A stretch of 33,205 bases of DNA from Chloroflexota bacterium (GTDB lineage Bacteria > Chloroflexota > UBA6077 > FW602-bin22 > CADDYW01): NCBI GenBank assembly GCA_035534155.1, contig DATLSK010000101.1:1-33205 (forward strand), written 5' to 3'. Below are positions 16,339-28,153 of the stretch, one piece after another (position 1 is the first letter of the stretch; each line of letters begins with the position of its first letter). A model generated the notes under the pieces. It was not told the origin of the DNA, searched no databases, and saw only the letters and a program-made list of their open reading frames with translations. The translations under genes and the position numbers were made by a program.

Positions 16339-16375
16339 GCCCGAGGCTGGATGGGCAAGGCGAAAGGGTTGAAGA

Positions 16376-16909
16376 ATGGCTGACCGGGTGATTCTGTCGG
16401 GGGTAGACCTCCAGCGCGCGCTGGCGCGCATCGCCCACGAGATCATCGAGCACAATCGCGGGGTCGAACGGATCGTGCTCATTGGCATTCGCACGCGAGG
16501 CGTGACCCTTGCGAAGCGTCTGTCGCTAAAGTTCCATGAGTTAGAAGGCGTGCACGTTCCGCAGGGTGAGCTGGATATCACGTTGTATCGCGACGATCTG
16601 GCACAGCGCCGCCATCAACCCCCGCTTGGACCGAGCGATGTGCCGGTTTCGTTGACTGACCGCCAGATTGTCCTGGTGGACGATGTCATCTTTACGGGGC
16701 GCACGGTCCGGGCGGCGCTGAACGCGGTGATGGATTACGGACGGCCGCGGAGTGTCCAGCTCGCGGTTTTGATCGACCGCGGTCACCGCGACCTCCCGAT
16801 TCGGCCCGATTACGTTGGCAAGAACGTGCCGACCGCCCTCGACGAAGAGGTGCAGGTCCGACTAGAAGAAACCGATGGGGTTGACGAAGTCGTCATCCGT
16901 CGGCCGTGA
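16376..16909 (+). CDS. pyrR: Bifunctional pyr mRNA-binding attenuation protein/uracil phosphoribosyltransferase PyrR
   Basis: [16 protein letters not shown]...[11 protein letters not shown] and [17 protein letters not shown] (PRPP-binding motif). Confidence 0.95.
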   Translation: MADRVILSGVDLQRALARIAHEIIEHNRGVERIVLIGIRTRGVTLAKRLSLKFHELEGVHVPQGELDITLYRDDLAQRRHQPPLGPSDVPVSLTDRQIVLVDDVIFTGRTVRAALNAVMDYGRPRSVQLAVLIDRGHRDLPIRPDYVGKNVPTALDEEVQVRLEETDGVDEVVIRRP

Positions 16910-16921
16910 GGACAGGGAAGC

Positions 16922-17872
16922 ATGAACCGTAAAGACGTACTCGACCTGGACGACTTTTCGGCTGACGAGATCGAGCGGGTCCTGGTTGGCGCGGAAGCAA
17001 TGCGCGAAGTTCTCTCGCGACCGATCAAAAGGGTTCCGCCGTTGCGCGGCAAGACGATCGTGAATCTGTTCTACGAGGCGAGCACGCGCACTCGAATCTC
17101 TTTCGAGCTTGCCGCGAAGAACTTGTCTGCCGACGTGGTGAACGTTTCCGCCTCGGGAAGCTCGGTGGAAAAAGGCGAATCGCTGGTCGATACCATCCGG
17201 ACGCTTCAAGCACTCGGGGCCGACGTGGTGGTGATGCGCCACTCGCTCGCCGGGGCGCCGTATCTGGTCGCTCAGCACCTGCGCGGGTCGGTGATCAACG
17301 CCGGAGATGGCTGGCACGCGCATCCGACCCAAGCGCTGCTCGATCTTTTCACAATTCGCCAGCGCTTCACTCGGCTCAACGGACTGAACGTCGTCATTGT
17401 CGGGGACATTCTGCACAGTCGGGTGGCGCGATCCAATGTCTGGGGGTTGAGCCGCATGGGCGCTCGGGTGATCCTTTGTGGGCCGCCCACGCTGATACCG
17501 GACTTCGGGGCGAACGGCCACCGGGCCGGCCTGCCGCCGGTTGAGATCGATTACGATTTCGACCGCTGTATCCAGCGAGCCGACGTGGTGATGGCGCTGC
17601 GCATCCAAAAAGAGCGCCAGGTCGGTGGCCTGCTCCCCAATTTACGGGAATACGTGAAGCTCTACCAACTGACCGAAGAGCGCCTCAAGCGCGCTCGCCC
17701 CGGCGCTTTAGTGATGCATCCCGGACCGATGAACGAAGGCGTCGAAATCGAACCGGCCGTGGCGCGTGGCAGCCAATCGGTAATCGAGGAACAGGTCACC
17801 AATGGCGTAGCGATCCGGATGGCGCTGCTTTACCTGGTGGCGGGCGAGCGAGCCGATCTCGCGGTGGCTTGA
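16922..17872 (+). CDS. pyrB: Aspartate carbamoyltransferase catalytic subunit
   Basis: [36 protein letters not shown]. Confidence 0.95.
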   Translation: MNRKDVLDLDDFSADEIERVLVGAEAMREVLSRPIKRVPPLRGKTIVNLFYEASTRTRISFELAAKNLSADVVNVSASGSSVEKGESLVDTIRTLQALGADVVVMRHSLAGAPYLVAQHLRGSVINAGDGWHAHPTQALLDLFTIRQRFTRLNGLNVVIVGDILHSRVARSNVWGLSRMGARVILCGPPTLIPDFGANGHRAGLPPVEIDYDFDRCIQRADVVMALRIQKERQVGGLLPNLREYVKLYQLTEERLKRARPGALVMHPGPMNEGVEIEPAVARGSQSVIEEQVTNGVAIRMALLYLVAGERADLAVA

Positions 17873-17888
17873 GGGAATAGGGGGGAAC

Positions 17889-19262
17889 ATGCAAGGTGAG
17901 GGAAACGTGGATATTCTAATTCGAGGGGGACGGGTCATCGATCCCGACGGCGACGTCGACCGCATCGCGGACGTTTGGGTCCGCAATGGCGCGATCGACG
18001 AGATCACTCCCCCTCGTACGGCTCCGGAAGGACGGCGCGGCCTGTTGGTACTCGACGCGAGCGATAAGGTTGTTTGCCCTGGTTTGGTCGACGTTCACAC
18101 CCATCTGCGCGACCCGGGGCAGGAAGAGAAAGAGACGATCGCGACCGGGGCGCTCGCCGCGGTCCGGGGCGGTTTCACGACAATCTGCTGTATGGCAAAT
18201 ACGTCACCGCCGGTCGACAATCGGGCTCTCGTCGAGTACATTCTACGCACCGCAAATGCCGTTGGCCTGGCGCGGGTTTATCCGCTGGCGACAGTTACAC
18301 TCGGGATGGCCGGCCGCGAGCTGGCCGAAATGGCGGACCTCGCCGAGGCCGGGGCGGTCGCCTTTTCCGACGATGGCAAGCCGATAATGGATAGTGCGGT
18401 CATGCGCCACGCTCTCGAGTACAGCCGGTTGATCGATCGTCCGATCATGGTCCACGAGGAAGACGCCGCCTTGACCGGTGGGGCAGTGATGAACGAAGGA
18501 CCGGTCGCCACGCGACTTGGCTTGAAGGGCTGGCCGGGCATCGCGGAGGAGATTATGATCGCCCGCGACTTGCTCCTGCTCGAGCACGTTGGGGGACGAC
18601 TTCACCTGGCCCACGTCACCACGGCTGGCGGAGTGGATCTGATCCGGCGGGCCCGCGAGCGTGGTCTGCGATTCAGCGCGGAAACGACGCCTCATCATTT
18701 GACGATGACCGACGAATGGGTCGCCGGTTATCGACCGTCTGGAAAGACGGCTATCCCGTACGACACGGATACTAAGATGAATCCCCCGCTGCGGACCGAG
18801 CACGACCGGCAGGCGCTGATCGACGCAGTGCGCGACGGAACGCTCGATTTCATCTCGACCGACCACGCGCCGCACGCCGAAGTGGACAAGATGTGCGAAT
18901 ATGGCGCCGCGGCGTTTGGCATCACCGGCCTGGAAACTGCGCTCGGCTCACTGCTCGGATTGGTTCACGAAGGTCAGCTTGAGCTGGATTTGCTGATCCG
19001 TCGACTCACGATCGACGCGGCGCACTCCTTCAACTTGCCGGCGGGGACGTTGCGACCGGGAGCACCGGCCGACGTCTGCATCTTCGATCCAAATCACGTC
19101 TGGACAGTCGAACCAAGCCGCTTCGCATCGAAGGGGAAGAATACGCCATTGAAGGGTGAAAGTCTGCGCGGTCAGGTCACGGCAACAGTTTGTCGCGGCC
19201 GTCTGGCCTATCTGAATGAAGAGCGGCAATCAATTGTCAGCGGTGAGGAGGTGATTGCGTGA
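17889..19262 (+). CDS. pyrC: Dihydroorotase
   Basis: DILIRGGRVIDP, CPGLVDVHTHLRDPG, FSDDG, STDHAPH. GTG 17907 (VDILI...), preceded by GGTGAGGG, is an equally plausible start. Confidence 0.9.
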   Translation: MQGEGNVDILIRGGRVIDPDGDVDRIADVWVRNGAIDEITPPRTAPEGRRGLLVLDASDKVVCPGLVDVHTHLRDPGQEEKETIATGALAAVRGGFTTICCMANTSPPVDNRALVEYILRTANAVGLARVYPLATVTLGMAGRELAEMADLAEAGAVAFSDDGKPIMDSAVMRHALEYSRLIDRPIMVHEEDAALTGGAVMNEGPVATRLGLKGWPGIAEEIMIARDLLLLEHVGGRLHLAHVTTAGGVDLIRRARERGLRFSAETTPHHLTMTDEWVAGYRPSGKTAIPYDTDTKMNPPLRTEHDRQALIDAVRDGTLDFISTDHAPHAEVDKMCEYGAAAFGITGLETALGSLLGLVHEGQLELDLLIRRLTIDAAHSFNLPAGTLRPGAPADVCIFDPNHVWTVEPSRFASKGKNTPLKGESLRGQVTATVCRGRLAYLNEERQSIVSGEEVIA

Positions 19263-20364
19263 CCTCGCGAGCCGCGCTCGTCCTCGAAGACGGCAGTATC
19301 TTTCGAGGCGAATCCTTCGGAGCGCCGATCGACGGCGAAGGCGAAGTGGTTTTTAATACCTGCATGACCGGCTATCAGGAAATCGCCACCGATCCGTCGT
19401 ACGGTGGGCAGATCGTCACTCTGACCTACCCTCTCATCGGCAATTATGGCATCGCGCACGCGCACGAAGAGTCTCGGCGCCCCTGGATCGCCGGACTGAT
19501 CGTCCGCGAGTATTACGCGGATCCAAGTAACTGGAATTCACACGGCGCCCTGGGGCCGTTTCTTCAGAGGCATGGAATTCCAGCGTTCCAGGGAATTGAC
19601 ACCCGTGCTCTGACCCGCCACTTACGCGCCCGGGGTACGCTCCGCGCCGTGATGGTCAGCGACGCGGTCGGAATCCCTGACGCTGAGCTCGTGGCGCGGG
19701 CGCGCCGGGTGACGCCACTGAGCGAGAAAGATCTGGTCGCCCAGGCGACGATTGTCAAAACCGTTGAATGGCAAGTCGAACCTGCCTCCGCGGCGGGAAA
19801 ACACGTCGTGGTCGTCGACTGCGGGATCAAAGAAAATATCCTGCGATCTCTGGCGAGACGGGGCGTGCGTATTACCGAGGTGCCTTTCACCGCTTCGGCC
19901 GCTGATGTATTGGCTCTACGGCCCGATGGGATCGTCGTGTCGAACGGGCCAGGCGACCCGGCACGCTTGACCGATTGCGTGGCAACGATGTCTGCGCTGT
20001 TAACGTCGCGGGTTCCGATCATGGGGATTTGCCTCGGACATCAGATCCTCGGTCAGGCACTTGGCGGAACGACAAGCCGCCTGCCCTTCGGCCACCACGG
20101 CGGAAATCACCCGGTTCAGGATACCCGGACCGGTCGCGTGCACATCACGTCTCAGAACCACGAATTTCAGGTCGATCCTGACTCGATCGATCCGAAGACC
20201 GGCTTCTACGTCAGTCAGATCAATCTGAATGATCGATCGGTCGAGGGTTTAGCCCACGAAAGCTGGCCGGTCTTTTCCGTCCAGTACCATCCGGAAGGCG
20301 CGCCGGGCCCCCAGGATAATCAGAATCTGTTCGACCGATTCATCTCCCATTGTGAGAAGGCTCA

Positions 20365-20368
<4 letters not shown>
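19259..20368 (+). CDS. carA: Carbamoyl-phosphate synthase small (glutaminase) subunit
   Basis: [26 protein letters not shown] (catalytic Cys), [10 protein letters not shown]. The GTG start overlaps the pyrC stop (GTGA). Confidence 0.95.
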
Positions 20369-23621
<3,253 letters not shown>

Positions 23622-23625
<4 letters not shown>

Positions 23626-24404
23626 AAACAGGCTTGGCATCGGTCATCGCCAATGACGAAATCGCGGAACGAGTCTACGTCGTCCGACTCGAAGAGCCAG
23701 ACCAGGCGCGCGACGTTCGGGCCGGTCAGTTCGTTCACGTGAAATGTGGAGGAACCGCAGATCCATTATTGCGTCGACCGCTGAGCGTCTTGCGCACCGG
23801 CGCGAACCCGCGCAATCGGCTGCCGGCCGGCCAGTATGACGTATTGTACGACGTGGTCGGGCGCGGTACTGACCTGTTGAGCCACTTGCGCCCGGGTGAT
23901 CTGGTCGACGTGCTCGGACCGCTCGGGCAGCCATTTCAGATCGAGCGCACGACGAAGCGGCTTTTGCTGGTCGGCGGCGGGGTTGGCATCGTGCCCCTCG
24001 TCGCCCTGGCCGAAGAGGCGCTCCGTCGTCAGCTCGAAGTGACTCTCCTGGCGGGATTTCGTAACGCGAGAAAGGCCTTCCCGGCCAATCTGGTTCCCGA
24101 GGAAGTTGAGTACGTCGTCGCGACGGACGACGGCAGTCTCGGTCACGCCGGGTTAGTGACGGCTTTGATTCCGAGCTACCTGAATTGGGCCGATCAGCTC
24201 TGCGCCTGCGGCCCGAAGCCGATGCTCAAGGCGCTGACCGAATTGCCACGCACGCGAAAGCTGCCAACTCAGATCGCAATGGAAGAGCACATGGGCTGCG
24301 CGATGGGGGTCTGTCTTGGCTGCGTCGTGCCGACACGCCACGGCTATCAGCGTGTCTGTCGAGATGGGCCGGTGTTTTCCTTAGAGGAGATTATCTGGTC
24401 ATGA
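23622..24404 (+). CDS. pyrK: Dihydroorotate dehydrogenase B electron-transfer subunit
   Basis: [16 protein letters not shown] (FAD-binding RxxS), and the C-terminal [11 protein letters not shown]...CRDGPVF (2Fe-2S Cys cluster). I moved the start to GTG 23622, which overlaps the carB stop (GTGA). The track start at 23487 would lie inside carB. Confidence 0.9.
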
Positions 24405-25351
24405 CGAATCTCAGCGTCGAACTCGCTCCTCGTCATGCGAGTGGCTTGAGCTTGAAGAATCCGGTTTTAGCAGCGTCGGGGACTTTTGGCTACGGAAACG
24501 AGTATGCCAAGCTGATCGACGTGAACCGATTGGGAGCGGTCGTTAGCAAGGCGATTACCCTTCGGCCGCGCGAGGGCAACGCCCAGCCCCGGATCGCCGA
24601 AACGCCTTCAGGCATGCTCAATGCGATTGGCTTACAGAACGTCGGATTAAACGTCGCGGTTCGTGAGAAGGCGCCAATGTGGGCATCGTGGTCGGTGCCG
24701 GTCATCGCTAACATTGCCGGATTCACGGTCGACGAGTACGTTCGAGTCGCCGAGACGCTCTCGGAAACGCCCGGGGTCGCGGCAATCGAGTTGAACATTT
24801 CCTGCCCCAACGTGGCATCGGAAGGTGAAATGTTTGGCTTGAGCGGTGCGAGCGCGGCATTGGTCACCCGCGAAGTTCGCGCGGTCTGCGACGTGCCGTT
24901 GTTAGTGAAGCTGTCGCCGAACGTGACCGACATCGTGGAAATCGCCCGAGCGGTCGTGGACGCGGGAGCCGACGCATTAACGTTGATCAATACGATACCC
25001 GGCATGGTTATCGATGTTCGGCGCCGCCAGCCATACCTGGCCAACCTGACCGGCGGGTTGTCGGGACCGGCGATTCGCCCGATCGCCGTCCGAATGGTTT
25101 GGCAGGTGGCGCAAGCGGTCGACGTGCCGATTGTTGGGGTTGGCGGGGTCGCGTCGACGGATGACGCGCTCCAGTTTATCATGGCCGGTGCGAGCGCCGT
25201 CCAGATCGGCACCGGGACGTTCGTGAACCCCGGCACGATGCTTGACGTCGTCGATGGTTTGCAGGTCTTCCTCGAGAGCGAGGGCATCGAAGACGTCAAC
25301 GATCTCATTGGTGTCGCCGCGCGCCGTGCAGAGACCAATTTCGAGGCTTAA
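24401..25351 (+). CDS. pyrD: Dihydroorotate dehydrogenase (class 1B) catalytic subunit
   Basis: LKNPVLAASGTFGYG, IELNISCPN (catalytic Cys), LINTIPGM, GGLSGPAIRPIA. ATG 24401 overlaps the pyrK stop (ATGA). Confidence 0.93.
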   Translation: MTNLSVELAPRHASGLSLKNPVLAASGTFGYGNEYAKLIDVNRLGAVVSKAITLRPREGNAQPRIAETPSGMLNAIGLQNVGLNVAVREKAPMWASWSVPVIANIAGFTVDEYVRVAETLSETPGVAAIELNISCPNVASEGEMFGLSGASAALVTREVRAVCDVPLLVKLSPNVTDIVEIARAVVDAGADALTLINTIPGMVIDVRRRQPYLANLTGGLSGPAIRPIAVRMVWQVAQAVDVPIVGVGGVASTDDALQFIMAGASAVQIGTGTFVNPGTMLDVVDGLQVFLESEGIEDVNDLIGVAARRAETNFEA

Positions 25352-25356
25352 CCGAC

Positions 25357-26508
25357 ATGGAGCTCGACGCGGAAGTCAGCCTGGATCCAGAGCGTCAGCG
25401 CCAGGCGCGACGCTACTCGAGCCAGCGCCGCGCAATTGCGCTGGCCGAATTGGCGATTGCCGGAGTGTATCTCGGTGGCCTGATCCTAGCCGGTGAGACG
25501 AATCGCCTCCGTGACGCCGCTGTCGGCTTAACCGGAGGGCGAGTCGCGTCCATCGCGTTGTTTTTCCTGGTCATCTGGGCCGGCTATTTGATCATATCTT
25601 TGCCGCTGGGGATTGTTAGCGGCTGGATGCTGCCACGGCGCTATGGCATGTCAGTCCAGACTTTTGGGCAGTGGTGTGTGGACTGGCTCAAGGGTGAGAC
25701 GATCGCGATTGTGATCGGAGCGGCGATGATCGAGGTCGTCTATGCCTTGTTGCTCGCGACCCCCGCGTACTGGTGGCTGGTGGCAGGCGTCCTGTATCTC
25801 GCGTTCGTCGTTGGCATGGCGAACCTGGCGCCGATTCTCCTCTTGCCACTTTTCTACAAGCTAACCCCTCTGGATTTGCCTAACCTGGAAGAGCGGCTCG
25901 AAACGCTGGCCAGGGAGGCTCGGGTGCGCGTCCGCGGAGTATTCCGAATGAATCTTAGCGCTAAGACCACGGCGGCGAATGCCGCGCTCATGGGACTTGG
26001 CAACACCCGGCGCGTGGTGCTTGGCGACACTCTCCTCGACAACTATTCCTCGGATGAAATCGCCGTCGTTTTCGCCCATGAGTTGGGTCACCACGTCCAC
26101 GGCGACGTGCCGCGACTGATTGGGACTCAGGCCGTGGCGACAGTGGTTGGGCTCTACCTGGCAAACATCGCGCTGAGTTGGGGGGCAGCGAATCTGGGCT
26201 ATCGCGGAATTGCCGACGTGGCCGACTTACCGCTGCTGATTCTGATATTGGGAGTTGTCAGCGCGGCGACGGCGCCGCTGCTGAATGGGCTGTCGCGAAA
26301 GATGGAACGAGCGGCCGATTGGTACGCCCTGAGCTTGACCCAGATGCCCGGTGCTTTCATCTCAACGATGACCCGATTGGCGAATCAGAACCTGGCCGAA
26401 TACCAGCCCGCGCCCTGGGTTGAGGTTCTCTTCTATGACCACCCATCGATTGCTAATCGTGTCCGATTAGCGCAACGCTTCGCGCACGAGCGCGGGGTTG
26501 CTCAATGA
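25357..26508 (+). CDS. M48-family (Ste24/HtpX-like) integral-membrane zinc metalloprotease
   Basis: Several N-terminal TM segments are present, with FAHELGHHVHGD (HExxH) and a downstream ERAADWYAL. The gene starts 5 nt after the pyrD stop. Confidence 0.85.
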   Translation: MELDAEVSLDPERQRQARRYSSQRRAIALAELAIAGVYLGGLILAGETNRLRDAAVGLTGGRVASIALFFLVIWAGYLIISLPLGIVSGWMLPRRYGMSVQTFGQWCVDWLKGETIAIVIGAAMIEVVYALLLATPAYWWLVAGVLYLAFVVGMANLAPILLLPLFYKLTPLDLPNLEERLETLAREARVRVRGVFRMNLSAKTTAANAALMGLGNTRRVVLGDTLLDNYSSDEIAVVFAHELGHHVHGDVPRLIGTQAVATVVGLYLANIALSWGAANLGYRGIADVADLPLLILILGVVSAATAPLLNGLSRKMERAADWYALSLTQMPGAFISTMTRLANQNLAEYQPAPWVEVLFYDHPSIANRVRLAQRFAHERGVAQ

Positions 26509-26918
26509 AGCGCTTGTCGGGGCGTTCAAACGTGGGATTTCCGATTCGTCAGTTGGTGATCGTTACGTCACTCGCGGTTTGCGGGCTCGTAGGGATGTCT
26601 TTCGCGCGACTGGCGATCAGTGAATATCAACTCAATTTGCAGAAGCAAGTGCTCGTCGAGAGCGTGAATCGACTGAAAGTCGAAAATCAAAGCCTTCAGG
26701 CGAAGATCGATTACTTGCAAACCGATGCCGCGATTGAAAAGCTGGCGCGAGAAGAACTTGGCTGGACCAAACCGGGCGACACGGCGGTCATCGTTTTGAC
26801 CAGCCACCCGACTCCGCCTTTGACCAAACCCGCTCAAGCAGCTATTCCGACCCGAATGCTACCGATTTGGCGTCAGTGGTGGAACGTGTTCTTTGCTTCT
26901 CCTTCGTCTCGTCCTTAG
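26505..26918 (+). CDS. Septum formation initiator family protein (FtsB/DivIC-like)
   Basis: One N-terminal TM segment, then the coiled coil LQKQVLVESVNRLKVENQSLQAKIDYLQTD, then AAIEKLAREELGWTKPGDTAVIV. The ATGA start overlaps the M48 stop. Confidence 0.8.
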   Translation: MKRLSGRSNVGFPIRQLVIVTSLAVCGLVGMSFARLAISEYQLNLQKQVLVESVNRLKVENQSLQAKIDYLQTDAAIEKLAREELGWTKPGDTAVIVLTSHPTPPLTKPAQAAIPTRMLPIWRQWWNVFFASPSSRP

Positions 26919-27020
26919 GAATCGGGTCACATGCGCACGGTTTGGGCGCGCGGTATGTTCACGAGACCGCGCCCTCGGCATCGGTCAGACCAAATAGAGC
27001 ACATGATCGGCAGCCAAATA

Positions 27021-27067
27021 TTAGCCTTGTAGCGCGGGGGAGCTTGTTACCCGCGCTACAAGGCTAA
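27021..27067. repeat. Perfect 18-bp inverted repeat with an 11-nt loop between convergent genes; candidate bidirectional terminator
   Basis: TTAGCCTTGTAGCGCGGG (27021-27038) and CCCGCGCTACAAGGCTAA (27050-27067) are exact reverse complements. The repeat is followed by TATTTGG on the minus strand. Confidence 0.8.
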
Positions 27068-27127
27068 TGGTGGTTGGCTCAATACCCTGGCAACGTGCTG
27101 AGAAGCTGCTGAATTCTCGCTCGTCAG

Positions 27128-27361
27128 CTACTTCATCAGCGCTTCCTCTGGCTGCCGAGATCTCATTGAGTAGTCTACATCTTGCTGATGGGCAATCGCT
27201 TCCCGCAACGAGACAATGCGTGCTTCCGCGGCATCCAGTCGAGCCTGAAGCTTTGATTCGAACTGGAGCAAGAGATCTAGCATAGCCTCGGCTTGACCCT
27301 GCAATGCTGCCTTGGCCTCGATCAGTTGGGATTCTAGTTCGCGGTCGTAATCCGTGGCCAT
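27128..27361 (-). CDS. Small coiled-coil protein (77 aa), function unknown
   Basis: GGAGAGGA lies about 9 nt upstream of the ATG. The helical sequence ELESQLIEAKAALQGQAEAMLDLLLQFESKLQARLDAAEARIVSLREAI is heptad-like. I recognise no family. Confidence 0.55.
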   Translation of the reverse strand: MATDYDRELESQLIEAKAALQGQAEAMLDLLLQFESKLQARLDAAEARIVSLREAIAHQQDVDYSMRSRQPEEALMK

Positions 27362-27485
27362 GACTCTTCGTCCTCTCCGGCGTCAATCGTTACAGACTTT
27401 CGTCATTCGTGTCGATCAAGTCGCATTTTACGTCTGGCGACAGGTCAAGTCGATTAAAGCGCCTTACGTTTTGATTAAGCGTGAG

Positions 27486-27773
27486 TTAGAGATTTTGGTA
27501 CTCGCGGGTATAGATTGCGCGCGAAAGCCAATAAAGCGGCGCCCGGTCGATGGCAAGCAGCCACGACGTGTCGTGCTCGATCGGTCACGGCGGATAACCG
27601 GTCGGCGTCGCGCTCTTGAACGATTCCGCGCATTCAGCGACCAGCCTCGCGACGACGTTCTGAACACCGGCCGAACGCCTGGCTGCGACTTGTGCCAATC
27701 GGGCGCAGTTCCAGGCTGCCGAGACCACCGATGCTGGCTGGATCTGTTTGAAGAGCGTGCTAGAAGCCCTCAC
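27486..27773 (-). other. Coding-like 95-codon frame interrupted by one in-frame TGA (27585-27587); pseudogene, recoding or artefact unresolved
   Basis: The frame opens at GTG 27773 and runs 62 codons (..LFKQIQPASVVSAAWNCARLAQVAARRSAGVQNVVARLVAECAESFKSATPTGYPP). After the TGA it continues for 32 more codons in the same frame (PIEHDTSWLLAIDRAPLYWLSRAIYTREYQNL) to TAA 27486. Third-position GC is about 71-75% in both parts. Confidence 0.3.
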
Positions 27774-27883
27774 GGGCCGTGAGTATCATTGCCGGGGAAG
27801 AAGATTGGGCGGTGGAGGGTATCTCTGGTGCGTGGTATCATTGGGACATCCGAGTGGGAACGTGACCAAAGGAAGCCAAGCGC

Positions 27884-28153
27884 ATGCCGAAACGACGAGA
27901 GCGACGGGGAAAATCGACCAGAGCCACTCCACAGACCGCGGGGCCGCGCCGGAGCAATCGGTTGCTTTACATTGTCATAATGCTACTCACGGCGTTGTCA
28001 ATGATGGCACTGGTCGTGGCTGGATTTTTGAACTATTCGACCCCGAGCGTCGCACCGGGGTTGACTCCAACCCTCGTGCCGATCGCGACCCCTCGGGCAA
28101 TCGTAGCGCCCCAACTGCCAATAGTCGTCACCTTTCCCGAGGGGTGGTTTTGA
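27884..28153 (+). CDS. Small single-pass membrane protein (89 aa), function unknown
   Basis: AAGGAAG lies about 9 nt upstream of the ATG. The protein has a basic N-terminus (MPKRRERRGKSTR), one TM helix (LLYIVIMLLTALSMMALVVAGFL) and a Pro-rich tail. Confidence 0.55.
   Translation: MPKRRERRGKSTRATPQTAGPRRSNRLLYIVIMLLTALSMMALVVAGFLNYSTPSVAPGLTPTLVPIATPRAIVAPQLPIVVTFPEGWF

Noticed and set aside
16862-17608. A 248-aa minus-strand ORF inside pyrB, and similar antisense ORFs in glgA (13364-14161), pyrC (18243-18875) and argD (29036-29926, plus strand)
   Set aside because: All lie opposite confidently identified genes. They have Arg-rich or His/Val-rich odd composition and no SD-supported starts.
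24490-25338. A 282-aa minus-strand ORF covering nearly all of pyrD
   Set aside because: It is an antisense shadow frame with low-complexity Ser/Thr/Ala/Pro-rich composition. The plus-strand pyrD carries every conserved DHODH motif.
27540-27587. Possible selenocysteine insertion (SECIS) element downstream of the in-frame TGA
   Set aside because: Only a 6-bp CACGAC/GTCGTG stem with a 2-nt loop is present. There is no extended stem with the apical G/U-containing loop at the usual distance, and no sel genes are visible in the window. This is not enough to claim Sec recoding.
27354-27782. A 142-aa plus-strand ORF spanning the 520-bp gap
   Set aside because: Its GTG start lies inside the SD/start region of the divergent coiled-coil gene. 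The product is very Arg-rich, and its GC is highest at codon position 1 rather than 3. It is the exact mirror of the minus-strand frame, which has the coding-like codon statistics. I keep it only as the alternative hypothesis in the finding for 27486-27773.
27774-27883. Possible structured RNA gene (tmRNA/RNase P/SRP/6S) in the gap, prompted by CCTCCACC-like and GGAAGCC-like strings
   Set aside because: None of the diagnostic blocks is present: no RNase P GGAAAGUCCGG, no SRP GGAAGCAGCC in a hairpin context, and no tRNA-like T-arm GGTTCGAATCC. The resemblance is limited to 6-8 nt.
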